A stretch of 63,986 bases of DNA, filler included, from Circinaria calcarea (GCA_051942165.1; 6 parts of 6 records of this genome joined end to end with filler, not necessarily neighbours in it), one strand, 5' to 3'. Numbered from the whole stretch's first letter, positions 24,561 through 37,644 are shown. Numbers and translations are program-made. Notes: a model not told the origin generated them from the sequence alone.

Positions 24561-26532
24561 CTAATCTCGCTAAACAGAGGTAGAAAGCCTCGGTCATCGA
24601 CCATTAAAGTCCCGGGTTTAAAGGGGGGTTGGCGGCATTGGCTGGCAGCCTTTTAAGGCTTGTGCGAAGGGCTGCACCAATCAGTGCAAAACCTTCTTGC
24701 AACTGGCAAGTACAATGCAGGTGGCCGGCACCGCAACCGGTAGCACGGGGCTTGGTAGTGTACACTGGACTGCCTAAGCTGTACTACTGTAGTATTTGGC
24801 ATATCATATAATATGCTATTGATAGTATACTCTCGCTATTAATGTACGCGAGCCTATCACAATAGAATAGTATATTATATGCCAAAAACTCCGGTATCGG
24901 AGGCCTTGGACTCCAGGCGATCTTGCTGTTCGCGTTCCCTCTTAGAAATACTTTCATATCGAGGACCCCACGACATTCGGCGGGTCTATGTGCAGAATGG
25001 GAGGAGGCGGAAGAAAGAAGGTCGTCATGTGTTCGGACGTGGACCTTTTGTGAGAGAATAAGAAATCACAACAAGACCGTGGCACGTGGAGTTTGCCATT
25101 GGAATTCTAGTGAGACGGAGGAGCTTCAGTTTGTGGCCACCGAGTCCTTCGGAGTTATCAGCCCTGGGTGTCCCCCATTCTCCGCACACCCTGAATTTTG
25201 AATATGGAGTGGATGAAAAAAGAAAAAAAAAATGGGTAAAGTAGGGGTACGATAGGTGTGTGTTTCGGGCGCACTATCAATAAGCCTATAAACGACCATC
25301 ATAACAATTGATAAGCCTTCAGATGACGGTCGAAGCTCTCCTTTAGCTTCGCAAGCTCCGAGGCATGACATCTCGCCAGAAATTCCATTTTCAAATGGCA
25401 ACATGGAGTCATCAAGACCCAGCTCTCCTGTCTCAACTGCGCCTACAGGCACATTGTTAGTAGAGCCAAGGATTTGCCGTGCTCTTCAGCATCCTATGCA
25501 ATGCTAATCCAAAAGCACTCTATATTACCGCCAGCAAAGGAAGATCCCATATCAACTCCCCTTTACATAAAACGAGCTTACCTTCCAATGCCAACCCTAT
25601 CCCTTTGAAATTTTCCCGCCACGGGTTCTTCCACTGCTGTGCCTCTGCATCATACACGGACGTGGCTCCCCTCCCCCGTCTGCCCTTTCCTCACCCCCCG
25701 CTCCAAGCACAAATCCCTCACAAGCCGGCTTTACATGTCCGTATCGTCTTTCGGTCTCCCCCTTACTCCTGGAACCAAGGACATCGACAGCGAGCGAGCA
25801 CAGGCTCCAGGGGGAGGATTTCAACATCTTGAGAGGCGTGATAATGGACGGATGAGATCGAGGATGGTGGGAGGGTGATGCGTAGAGAAAATGGAGAGGG
25901 AGACGGGGAAGGATGTATGGAGTCTTGTAGGGATGGTTGGAGGGGCTGTGATATTGTCCCGAGGGGGAAGAGGCGACTGGGAAGGGATAAGGGGGGAGGG
26001 AGGAAATGGTTGGATGGGTTCTTCGGGGTATGGAGATGGAGAAATGGGGAGAAGAGAGCATTGGGCAAGAGCAATTCTAAAAGCTGTGTTCTCTAGCTAA
26101 TCGTACTAGGAACCGATGACCTGGCTCCTCGTTCTTCTAGATGTCTGACTGTCATTTTTCACGGTTGCCTGATGAAGTCTCACCTCGCTAGCTCCTTCCC
26201 CCTTGCCTACGTCTATTGCAACATTTGAGTCGAGGGAGGAAGGATGATGGATGCTTCTCTGAAGCGGACGATGGGGAGTGTGAGTGGGGAATGGGAAATT
26301 TGAGGAGAGGAAGGAAAAGAGCCATCTAACCTTTAGCTGTAACTTGTAAGGTTCTTGGACTCGAGAAGCTCAATGCTGATTCTTGTGATAGCGTCTATAG
26401 GCGAATTCCATAGGCTCAATACCTCCAGAAGCCAAAGTCAGATTCTCTACCCAATGGTGATATCTCCGCTGCCTCTGCCGTTGTTCTTTTCAGATCCTGA
26501 AACATCCTTACCGAAGCGTACACTATATCTCA

Positions 26533-28077
26533 TCATTTATCCAACCCTCTATTCATACCAAATCGGTCTGTTTCCCCCATCGACTTCCATGACGATGCCC
26601 TAGCTTGGAGGTATGCGCCACTATCAATCGCCTTCTTAATCCCATAAAGCCCACTTATCGGCCACTTTGACACCAACGAGTTCCCCAGTGATGAATTGGC
26701 TGCCGCCCTCTTCTCGGCTTCGACATCGACCTTTACTTTCTCATAGACACTTGGTAACGAGGTTGCATCGTACTTTTCGCGTAATGCGTCATACCATTCT
26801 CGGTTGTATATCTCCCAAAACTCCTCCTCTGTATAATAGGTATGCGCATATAGCCACTTCATGCCACCCAGCTCTCGGAGTTTGTGCTCAAGATCCCGGT
26901 TAGCCTTCACAAAATCGTCGAGCCGAGGAGGTCCAAATCCCCAGAGCCCAATGTTGAGCAGAGGGATCGGTGTCCTTCCGTCTGCTTCCGTCTGATACGA
27001 ATGTGGATGTAAAGTTGGTAACGGGCTCTGACGTAACGGGCACAGCCAGAGCGGATAGATTCCAAAAGCCCTGTCTGTGTAATCGACAAATTGTTCGGCA
27101 GTAGCATAGGGCAAAGCCAGATCCTGGACCACGTATTCCTTCGACTGCCCACTTGCATGTAAAGCGGTATACATCATGCGGGTGTGCAGGAAGTCATCCA
27201 GCCACCAGCGAGTGAGATCATTAAATGGCATCTTAAAGTAGTCAAATGCGGAAGCTCCAACCCAGAACCCACCACGGTCATAACGAAAAAGATATTCGGC
27301 AAGCGGAATGGCTTCTGTGGTTGGACCGATCCTCGTCGTGATTACATCCTTTACATGAAGGTAAAACCAGGGGTCTTTGGCGTCGCTGAAACGTTGAATC
27401 GGGACATTGTTTTTAGGATTGTCGGTCAAACGCCCCGTTATAATGGCACCTTGGTTCTTTGAGAAAAGTATTCCATCGACATAGTCAAGTGCAGGATCCG
27501 ATGTTACCTGTTTGATCTTTTCGATAGCTTCGGACATGCTCGATATAGGATGGTATGTCGTTTCCACGTACTTCCTAGCTTCTCTGAGTTGTAGTTCGAC
27601 GAGGGTTGTGACGCCCATACTTCCAACTGCACCCGCTGCACCATGAAATAGATCAGGTTTTTTGCTGTCTGAACAAATGGTCACGTCTCCATTGGCAAGT
27701 ACCATTTCAACAGAATTGATAGTACGGTTGAAAAAACCATGCTTGAAAGAGCTGCTCTCCCCGGATGTACCTGCGTATCCGCCTCCGACAGTAATACCGG
27801 GAAACTCCATGACTACCGGGGGAATTAAGCCATATTTCAATGTCTCCTCCACCAATCGGTCCATAGGTACATTGGGTTCCACTAAAGCGGTTCGCGCTGC
27901 TGTATCAACCTTCAGGACGTGTGAAAGACGACTCGTATCAAGGAACTTGTTGCGTTTGATAGCGGACTGTCGTGTGCTATTAGTCGAGCCATGGTATATA
28001 CGGAACTTCTCTTTCTGCTCATAAAACCGTCGCACGTTGGCAGCTATTTCATCGACAGCTTTATTGTGGCCATCCAT
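26533..28077 (-). CDS. FAD-binding oxidoreductase, Delta(24)-sterol reductase (DHCR24)-like, intronless
   Basis: FRIYHGSTNSTR, ALVEPNVPMDRLV, PPVVMEFPGITVGGG, GESSSFKHGFF, YLFRYDRGGFWVG and GGMKWLYAH. The start was chosen at MDGHNKAV. Confidence 0.92.
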   Translation of the reverse strand: MDGHNKAVDEIAANVRRFYEQKEKFRIYHGSTNSTRQSAIKRNKFLDTSRLSHVLKVDTAARTALVEPNVPMDRLVEETLKYGLIPPVVMEFPGITVGGGYAGTSGESSSFKHGFFNRTINSVEMVLANGDVTICSDSKKPDLFHGAAGAVGSMGVTTLVELQLREARKYVETTYHPISSMSEAIEKIKQVTSDPALDYVDGILFSKNQGAIITGRLTDNPKNNVPIQRFSDAKDPWFYLHVKDVITTRIGPTTEAIPLAEYLFRYDRGGFWVGASAFDYFKMPFNDLTRWWLDDFLHTRMMYTALHASGQSKEYVVQDLALPYATAEQFVDYTDRAFGIYPLWLCPLRQSPLPTLHPHSYQTEADGRTPIPLLNIGLWGFGPPRLDDFVKANRDLEHKLRELGGMKWLYAHTYYTEEEFWEIYNREWYDALREKYDATSLPSVYEKVKVDVEAEKRAAANSSLGNSLVSKWPISGLYGIKKAIDSGAYLQARASSWKSMGETDRFGMNRGLDK

Positions 28078-29857
28078 CGCTGAGGCGGTTTTCGATGAGT
28101 TTGAGAAAGGTCGCGTATTGCCGGTAGTCCTTCCCTTACGGTGACTTCCGGATTTTGTGCATATTGACCGCGCTGACAAAATTTGCTCACTTGTAGCGAT
28201 TGTTATCTTGTAAGGTTTCCTGAGTGTGATACGGTAGGAAATGGTAGCAAATGTGTGCAAGTTTGCTGCGCCAGCGATGATAGTCACCATCTTCTCATTC
28301 ATCCCCAGAATGCGACATGGAAGAGCTGTAAAGACCCATATAAGAATCGCTTTGCCAAATCTCAAAGACGGCTACTCACCTCGATCGCGCGAAAAGCTGA
28401 GACTCGGAAAATTCACAAAAAGCCATAAGACGCTAGAGGATTCGATGCCTGCAGGCAGCCCTCACCCACCCTTGTCACCAGCACGCCCACGCGCCCACGC
28501 CACCATATCCATTTAAGCCGAGTTCGAAAATATCCTGGGTCCCGGGTGCATAGTATATCATATTCTTTACTCTAGACAAATCAACAGCACTCGCCCTCTC
28601 AAGTCCCTGTGGACTACAAACGGGGCCATTTGTAGTGTGTTACGCTGGAGCCGTGATAGTCCATAACCAATGAGCATATCCGGAGCACTCGGTTGATAGA
28701 CAGTATCTAGCTGTATGTAAACCAAGCATAATTATGCCGCCAGCCACTCTCCGACGGACTCACTTCTGGCCATTGGGCGTGTCCAGTGAAGCGGGCGACC
28801 CAAGGATTCCGGTAGTGGGTATTCTGACCAATCAGGCCGTAAAGTCTCGAGTTGTACAAGAAAAGGGGACTCCTTATTGAATTCGATGTTTCGAGGTCTG
28901 TTTTAAGAAGCCGAGGTACACATGCTCTAAGCCGGAACGGGTTAAATAATACGGGCAACGGGCCGTGCCTTTGACGACAACCCGAAGTTTTTAGCCTCGC
29001 AATACAGAAGTAATATCCCTATTCCCCGAAGGACGCCCACTCAATCTATCTCGGGTTTGGCCCTAGCTTTAATAAGTGAGAGGCTTGGTGCTCGCACGTG
29101 GGGCGGCATCTTTTAACTCAAGCCCGTATTTTCTCGGTCTCTCCGGAATATATCCGAGGGTTTACTGTGTTATTATTTGACGGGACAATGAAACACCGTG
29201 ACCAGGCTGTCATCCGTCCACTCCACTTAGGTAAATTGGACCAATCAGCAGCCTTGAAACAGTAAGGTACCCAGCCTCAAAGCTGACATCGATATTGATG
29301 GGCTTTTCCGTGCCATATGTCTCTCTCAATTTGGAAGGTAGCCTACGCGCTGATTTGTTTAAATGTACTTGGATATTACAGTGGCTGCCTAAGCCGCGGC
29401 AGGATGCTTTTGTGTAACCAGCTTCTCGGCGAATAATGAGAGCTTTACAAAGTTCCTGCGTGGGTGAAGCGAATAATGCGTGTTGCCGACCAATCGTTCT
29501 AGCTAGCCGCTGAACGCTGATCTCGGAGGTTTTGTCCTACCCTCCCTCCCGCGCCGCAGGAAGCAGAACATGTGCGGAGTCTGGGCAGTGACCAGGACCA
29601 AAACACGCCGCAGGCAAGGAAGAGAGCTCTTAGGCCCTGGAAGCTCCCCTGAAAATAGCAATGCGGACACTGATGCTACGGCTATATTTAGAGAGCAGCA
29701 AGTCTGGCAGGACAAGAACTTTCGGATTATTGTCTTAAACTTCTCTTCCACGCCAATGCTTTATTCTCTCTGCCCATCGAGAAATCCACTTATAGCTGCT
29801 ACTCAAGACGTCGGTTTAAATATAGCACAAAATCATGACACCGCCTGACTTATCAAT

Positions 29858-31231
29858 ATGTCTAATTCCACAGTGACGAATTCCTCTATACTCGCACACG
29901 GCTGGGTCTCTCAACCCGATGGACGCGGAACACTTGATATACTTCAAAGCTGCCTTATCACTATATCCTTATGTAGCTGGTCGGTATTATTTCTGAATAT
30001 ACAAGCAGAACGGGAGAATCGCCTGGGCTTCTTTACTAACAAAGCACGATGGATGATCTTCACTATTTTCTTCCCGGAAGTCCTTACGGGAATAGCTGCT
30101 GAGCAGTGGAGGTCAGCTTGTCAGTCCGTCGAAGATTTCTCCCGGCTTTGTGAGCAATGGGAGCTGGCCTTACAATTATCCCAATCATCTGGGAACCTGT
30201 TCCAACTCAAAGATAATCTTTCACGGTTTAAAAATGCGCCGTGGACAATGCGCCACGCTTTTTTTGCAGATATGGGCGGAATACTCCTGGATTGTCCAGA
30301 CTATACTCCTTTCCCAATTGATGGCCATCAACTTGTCTACCTAATAGAGAAGAATTTTTTAAAGTACCCAGAGGTGAAAGAAAAAACAATTTGGGATAAA
30401 AATAAAGCTGATGGTTTCGCACGCGCCTTGACATTGGTACAGATAGCATGGTTTTTTATCCAGTCTGTTGGCCGCTGCTTCCAGCATCTCGCACTTTCAA
30501 GCTTCGAGCTTTCGACCCTAGCATTTATATTCTGCACCATGAACACATTTTTCTTCTGGAGACATAAGCCGCTTGATGTCGAAACACCAATCATGTTGTC
30601 ATGTCCGACCAAGCTTGAAGAGATACTCATAAAAGCAGAGGATCGATCTCAGATACGATTTTCTCAGACACCATTGGACTTCATCAAACCTCCGATCAGT
30701 CGGACAAGCCTCCTCGCACCTTTTTGGTTCGGCGTCAGGTCCGTCTTCGATTGGAGTAAAGAACGTGGTAGTATTCCTATCAAGACGTTTGGTAACAGCG
30801 CAACCACACCGCCGCGGGGCATCAAAATTGCAGACCTATTCTATGGCAATATCTTCACAGTGGCATACTTGGGGATCCACCTTGCCGGATGGAACCTCGT
30901 CTTCCCATCTGCGACAGAGCAGGTGCTTTGGCGCATCTCGGGTCTAACCCTTCTAGGAGTGACGGTTTTCTATTTACTTGCTACCGCCTTTGGCACGGTA
31001 ATGGCGAGCAGGCTGGCCCGCTTTTTCTTCGACAACGATGAAGCGACTACCATCCTCGGCGTGGCTAACTTGCTGCCGCGGTGGGTGGCGGTTCTGGTTC
31101 ACCTCCCCGTGATCGCGGCCTACGCTCTTGCGCGATGCTATATCATCATCGAGGGCTTTCTCAACCTCAGAGCTTTACCACTTAGCGCGTTTGATAGCGT
31201 CAACTGGGCAAATTACCTGCCACACTTTTAG
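29858..31231 (+). CDS. Uncharacterised fungal multi-pass membrane protein
   Basis: 457-aa ORF with several TM segments and motifs recognisable from a widespread fungal family: GWVSQPDGRGTLDIL, WTMRHAFFADMGG, IWDKNKADGFAR, FWRHKPLDV, LRALP...SVNW. Confidence 0.85.
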   Translation: MSNSTVTNSSILAHGWVSQPDGRGTLDILQSCLITISLCSWSVLFLNIQAERENRLGFFTNKARWMIFTIFFPEVLTGIAAEQWRSACQSVEDFSRLCEQWELALQLSQSSGNLFQLKDNLSRFKNAPWTMRHAFFADMGGILLDCPDYTPFPIDGHQLVYLIEKNFLKYPEVKEKTIWDKNKADGFARALTLVQIAWFFIQSVGRCFQHLALSSFELSTLAFIFCTMNTFFFWRHKPLDVETPIMLSCPTKLEEILIKAEDRSQIRFSQTPLDFIKPPISRTSLLAPFWFGVRSVFDWSKERGSIPIKTFGNSATTPPRGIKIADLFYGNIFTVAYLGIHLAGWNLVFPSATEQVLWRISGLTLLGVTVFYLLATAFGTVMASRLARFFFDNDEATTILGVANLLPRWVAVLVHLPVIAAYALARCYIIIEGFLNLRALPLSAFDSVNWANYLPHF

Positions 31232-32128
31232 CTTGTTTTATTAACATATCATTGCATCTCATCGGGCCCTTTTTTACCCCCTTAGGTTTCTCCCACCCAG
31301 TACTTGGAAGGGCTGCACATGAGTCGTTCGTCGCCGTGTGAGAGATACACCGGCCACTCAGTACGAGCATGCGAACATGAGCCGACAATAAGCACACCGG
31401 CATACAACAGTAATGATACTCATATCCATTCCCACGCCAACACCAGCACCCATCAAACCAGTAAACCGGCCGAACCACGGCCGAACCCGCGGCGGAAGCT
31501 ACCACCCTCCCCTTCTGTCCCTCAAAAAGGCGAGAAGAACTTTTCACTCAACAACCATGGCAGAACGTGAATTGGAACCAGGGGTAGGGGGTCGAGGTCG
31601 AGGGCAAAACAAAGAAGGCGAGGTAGGTTGTTTTGCGTTGAGGTTTCTAGGTGTTGCAGAACTGTTTGGTTGTTCGATCTAGGGATGGGATAAGATGAAA
31701 TCGGTGTATATGCATGCAAGGTATTTAGACGGAGACACGATAAGCAAGCATCATCGACCACAAAACCCCCAGAGTACCCAAATACCAAAGGTGCCAAGGT
31801 CCAAACTGCAGAATGTGTGTAACCCGTGCTTTGGTAGAGAGGATCCGCTGCACCTGCATCTGTAAATCGCTCGGGTGTCTAATTTCCAATTCTCCATGTC
31901 CCCAACATACAGTCAGTACCCAGCCAGCCCCCGTCGCTTCGATCAAAGCAAACAAAAAATCATCCCCGACGACATATTCGCATCCCTACATCCTACCACC
32001 TTCTCCTCACCTCTCCTCCCCTCATGCGCCCGCTTTCACCTAGCAAGCCCCCCACGCCACCGAACAGCTCCCCCTCACAGTCCCTGCAAATAATTACTCG
32101 GTACCAAGCCCACCCTTCCTCCCTTCCC

Positions 32129-32228
32129 NNNNNNNNNNNNNNNNNNNNNNNNNNNNNNNNNNNNNNNNNNNNTTAATTAATTAANNNNNNNNNNNNNNNN
32201 NNNNNNNNNNNNNNNNNNNNNNNNNNNN
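32129..32228. other. Artificial contig linker
   Basis: Same 100-bp spacer. Confidence 0.99.
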
Positions 32229-32818
32229 GACAGAAAAAACTCTTACGAAATTCAGTCTTTCCTTTGGTTTCATTTACTTAGCTAGCAATCAATCATCATT
32301 ATCATAACCTCAATCGTCCCTGATATACATCTCACACTACTGCTTTGTAATCTTTAAACATAGAAGACCTCTCAAGTATAATTAATAGTCTGGTGAATTA
32401 CTCCCACGCACACTCGGCTTAGTAGCACTCTTAACAGCCCCACATCCGACAACTTTAGCGCGGTACTGCCGACTCAGCCTCCTCCGGCAATCTCCTTCTA
32501 TCATTCCGAACGTATGGCGATACGGGTGCGGTGAAGGGCGGTGGGGTGGAAGGTTGGGGGAGTAAAGGATAAGGGAGTGGGAGAATGGTGAGAAAAGCTG
32601 GCTTTGGTTACGAGTGATGGGGTAATTAGAGGGACTTTTGCTACGGAGTGAGTACGGAGCCCTGCGGCGGAGGGAATGTCCGGAGAAATACGTGGAAATA
32701 AACGGGGATGGAGAAAGGTAGTAAACGGGGGTGCGTGAAAGTAATACATGGGGCAGCTTTAGGGTTTGCGTGCAGATAATTCGCCATGAAAATATTTTGC
32801 CAAACGTGAATGAATGAA

Positions 32819-35800
32819 TTAGCTACGACCGAGGAGCAAAGGAGAAGCTTGGGCAGCCTCCAATAGTGAGACAATTTCCCTCGCTTCTTCGGTCTCGTGC
32901 TCCAACCTAACAACCTCCTCCGGATCTGCCTCATCATCTTCTAATTCGTCTCCGATCTGGAAAGTGCCAAGGCGGTCTTTCGCCACGTCCAAGGCTGTCT
33001 CTCCGGCATGGTTTTGGGCTTGGAAATCTATAGATCGGCCTAAGAGTAACTTGATGACATCCAAGTGACCCTCTTTGGCAGCGGTATGCAGCACGGTGTG
33101 GCCGCCACGGTCTGATGCGTTGATGTTGGCTTGCCGGTCAAGGAGTTCCTCGGCTATGTCAGGGTCGAACGCCAAGTGCAGTGGTGTCAAGCCAGATGGA
33201 GTTTCAGAGGCGTTTACGTCCGCGTTGTGGTCCAGCAGTATTTTAATGACATCCCTTTGGCCCTTCTGGATGGCGACTTGGAGCGGCGAAAACCCTTGAT
33301 CGTTCATTATATCTATCTCTGTAATCAAGTTTGCACCAACCAGGAGCTTAATTACATGGGCATGACCATGCTCAGCGGCGAGGTGTAGTGGAGTCATTCC
33401 CGTATCATCTTTGGCATCAAGGTCTGCTCCGTTATCTGCAAGCAGTTTTACCACGAAGGAGGATCCCGCTCTGGCCGCAAGGTGTGATGCCGTGAGTTCG
33501 CCGCGGCAAGTTGCGTACCTATCCGCATGTTGCTCCAGTAGAAGCTCGATCATATCCGCGTTCCCAGCTGAAGCTGCCAGATGAAGTGGAGTCTCAGATA
33601 GAAAATTCGCAGCATTAAGCTCTGTAGTTTCAGTCAGTAGCATACTGACTAGTGTCTTGTTCGCTATTGCAGCCGCCAGGTGCAAAGGTATTTGCTCAAG
33701 GAAATCTTTAGTCTGTGCATTGGCCCTCCTGCTTAGAAGTAGCTCGACCAATTGCTCGGAACCGCTGGCTGCAGCTAGATGCAATGGGGTCTGGCCGTGT
33801 CTGTCCTTGGACTCGATTTCAGCGCCATGATCTAACAGCAGTTTACTGACAGATACCAATCCATTTTTTGCCGCCAAGTGGAGAGCGGTCCGGCCATTCT
33901 TGTCCTTAGCGTTGACATCGGCTGCCCGTTCCAAAGCCAGTCTTGTAATGTCCATGCTTCCAATTGAAGCGGCTAGGTGCAAGGGCGTATGCTCATATAT
34001 TTTCTCTTTGACATCAACTCTAGGTTTCCAGGCCAGTAGCAGTTCGACAATCTCAACACTTGCTTCGGCGGTAGCTAGGTGTAGAGGAGTCCGACTATAT
34101 TCGTCTTCAATGTCCACACTAATATTCAGCTCAAGCATTTCTCTGATACCGATCTTATCTGCAGCCAATACCTTCTCATGTAACGGTAGTTTTTGGCCCA
34201 ATGGGGATGCCATTATTTTCTGAATATCCACATCTCCCCTTTCCATTGCGAGTTCCAGGGCTGTCATCCCGTTTCCGTCTCTGGTATTGACCTGGTCCTT
34301 CATCCCGTTTCCGTCTTTGCTACGGAAGTTCGCTCCCCTTTGGAGTAATAGTCTAACCGTGTTTGAGATGCCAAAAATGACAGCTAAATGCAACGGAGTC
34401 TGCTGCCGGTTATCCAGGGTATCTGTATTCGCGCCTCGGTCCAGAAGCCACCTTGCTATTGTGTCATCGTGCAATGAAACAGCCAGATGTATTGGGGTTT
34501 GCTCGTTCAGGTACTCGGCATTATTGATATCCAAGACTGGATTAAGCAGTAAAAGCTCCACTACCTCTTTACGACCCTGCAGAATGGCGGTATGAAGCAT
34601 CGGAATACGATCCATGGGAAGTCCCCTGGCTACTTTATGTTCAGAGGTATTCCGTTCGAGTAACACTGCCACGACGTCTTTTTGCTCTGCACCACATGCT
34701 ATCTCAAAGGCGCTGCGATTCTTACGATCGCGTTTCTGTAAACTCTGTGGCGGAAGTCTCCGAAGCACATCTTCAAACCCAAAGCGGCACGCCAGGAAAA
34801 GAGTACTTGGGGGTGAGCTGATAACGTTACGAATAGCGGCTTGACGATCGTGTTTCTGTAGAGGTCGAGTAGACCGTGGAAGTGTTTCAATCCAACGAGA
34901 AAACGCAGGTGAGGCTTCAGATTCCAAGACAAAACAATGGAATAACTCCTGAAGTCTACCTTCTTTCTTATGTCCGCCCGCTAGTTCACAGTGATTCGGC
35001 CAGTATAGCATTGCGTAATTTGCGAAACTTCCTAATACCTCAATATCTCTAGACTCTCTGACATCTGTTTGGTGGAGAAATGAGAGACAGGACATCGCCA
35101 ACTGAGCGTGCACAAGGTCCGGAAGGTACTCGTAATCCTTCCTTGCTAATAAGTACTCCCGGACAGAAAGATGTGAAAAGTCAACAATATCCAAGGATTC
35201 TTTATATATCACTAGGTTATTGCACAACTCGACTATATCTTGTGGTTGTAGATTGCCATTGTCTGAGCCCCCACGCTTATTAGGGTCGATAGAAACAGCT
35301 TTGCAATATTCATTAGCTGGCAATAACCTCAGGGGGCAAAGAAGCCATTTGAACGCTCGCTTAGCTTGGATGTGGCTTATTGTATCGACATCAAAGATCT
35401 TATTGTATATCTCGTCATAAGTAGCTTCAAGTGTTGATGGTAATCGACTGAGCTTGTACTCTACGTGTTCCTGGCTGAAGAGACGAGAGTTGGGGTTCCA
35501 TAACGCTCGTAGCTGTAGATTAACCCATAAGAACCTAGAAAGATAAGATCAACCTAAAACTTTTCTGCGAAATATATGAATGGAATACTTACATTCCGTC
35601 AGCCTTTTCAATCAGACTGGAAATTATCTGGTTTTCAAGCTCAGGGGTAACTTTACCACCATCCAAAGTTCGACCGTAAAGTAATCGATGGATATTCTTA
35701 TCAACTTCATGCCTAATATATTTTTCAATATCATCAGCATTATCCCCAGAGTTGATCTGAATATACGGCTTCCCGTTGAAGTGGATGTTGATATCGCGCT

Positions 35801-37644
35801 CGGAATCTCGACTGGATAAAAACAACTTGAGTCGCTTCTCCGTTGCACGTTGAAGGATCGAGTTGAAGGCCTCGAATAATTTGTATCGGATCTCAGGCTC
35901 ACACTCGTCCAGGCCGTCAACCACAATAATGCATTGGTACAGCTTTGTCATCTCAGCAATGACTTGAATACACTCTTCGATATAGAGGCCACCACTTCCT
36001 GAATGACGCTTTTCCTCATATTGGCTTCTCACTACGTTGAAAATAGTAGGCTGATCAACAACAGATTGAAGGAGCTGTTTGACCAAGCTGCGGAGAACTT
36101 GTATGGGCTCACGGCGATCACTATGTTCTTCTGTACGTGAACAGTAGAAGAAGACAATTCGTTCCGCCTCTCCTTCATTTGCGCAATCTTGTATGAGCTT
36201 GTCAATGACAACGGACACAAGACATGTCTTCCCAGTCCCAACATTACCACGAAGCCAGAGAATTGAGTTTTGCTGTGCATTTCTCCAGTGATTGTATTGA
36301 TCTGTCCCCAACAGCCATTGCCCGGACCCTTTGACAGTCTTTTGTTGAATAGTATGGTGGTGGTCTCTGTAATTCACTTCTGATAACCATTCAAGGATTC
36401 TACTTTTTTCTTTCTCTTCTTGCTGCAAGAGTTTGAGACCCTTGTCCAGCTTGTCGTTTTGATCTTTTAGAACTTTGGATAACATGGTTTTAACGGTCAC
36501 AAGGTCATCCTTGTCCATAATGCGAGTATATTGGGCAATGAGGTTTTCCTTTGCTGATATTTCGCTATAGGAGAAATCCACTGCATTTATCGTCGCTTTA
36601 CCAATGCGAAGTAGAGTACCTCGATTATAGTGGGAATAGGCCTTGATCTGATAGGTTAGTACAGTGCTGTAGAGGTCAATCATCAGGCGTTTGAGATCTT
36701 GAGTTAGAACCATATCCTTCTTCAGGTACAGATCTTCAACCACAGCATAACGGGAAATGAGAGGTGTAAGAAGTTCCAGGCCGTTACGGACTGTGTCGAA
36801 TTCTTGCGAATCGTTCAACGCTACCTATTAGAGTAGCAATTAGTTCCAACATAGCATACAGCTGGAAAACCCTATGTCTGTTTTTCGGTGGCATTGTCTG
36901 CTTATGTAGCGGGTCCATATACTTACGTAGCGGATGATCTTCCCAAATGTGTCCCCATACCATCTTGTATAAGGTAGCCTTTACGAAATTGTCCACAACA
37001 ATACGTGAAATAATGAGAGGATATACACACTCGAAGAAGGAGCTTCACTCCGGCCCAAGGCAATCCTGCATGAATCGGATCAAACGCCGCGAGGGTGTCT
37101 CCGAGACTCTGGAATGCTTTTACACCATTAAGGATGACGTTCCATTGGTCGCGCACTTTTCTCTCCTTCCCCCTCCATGTGTATGTCCATTGCTTCTCCA
37201 AACACCGTTTCTTACTAGTCTCCACTGCCGAAACCATCTGGTCTGCAATACCCCGCGTGTCCCACCGCTCAAAGGCCTCTGCTCTCATTGCATTAAGGTC
37301 TTCCCTGTAATCCTCACTCAGCTGTGCCTCCGCCTCATGCCATAAACTTTCCAAATTGACTGGTGGCAAAATCTTTCCAACGTTGACCGTAACAGGTTCC
37401 GAGAGAGCCTTGCTGATTTGATTGGTAGCTGGTGCTGAAAATATTGAACTTATTCGTACCTGAACCCCAATGAATGAGCAACTCGCTGACCTGGATCTGT
37501 TGTGTTGTAAACCCATACAATTGCAGAACCCAACTCACTCTTGCCTTCATCTTCTACATTATGGTTCTTGCTAGTCTCATCATTCCTATTCGCCCTTCTA
37601 CCCAGCGGATTCCGAGATCGAGGTCGGTCTGCAGGTCCCGACAT
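32819..37644 (-). CDS. Fungal NLR-like protein (about 1500 aa): N-terminal helical domain + NACHT + long ankyrin array; exons 37644-37519, 37459-37031, 36824-35593, 35534-32819
   Basis: DPIHAGLPWAGVKLLL (NACHT N-terminal helical region), Walker A LWLRGNVGTGKT, Walker B IIVVDGLDEC, ADGM|FLWV, FSHLSVREYL and many TPLHLAA ankyrin units. Intron phases add up. Confidence 0.92.

Noticed and set aside
1..37644. HET, TPR and NACHT-ankyrin genes as one large immune cluster
   Set aside because: The NLR is on a different contig, separated by artificial linkers.
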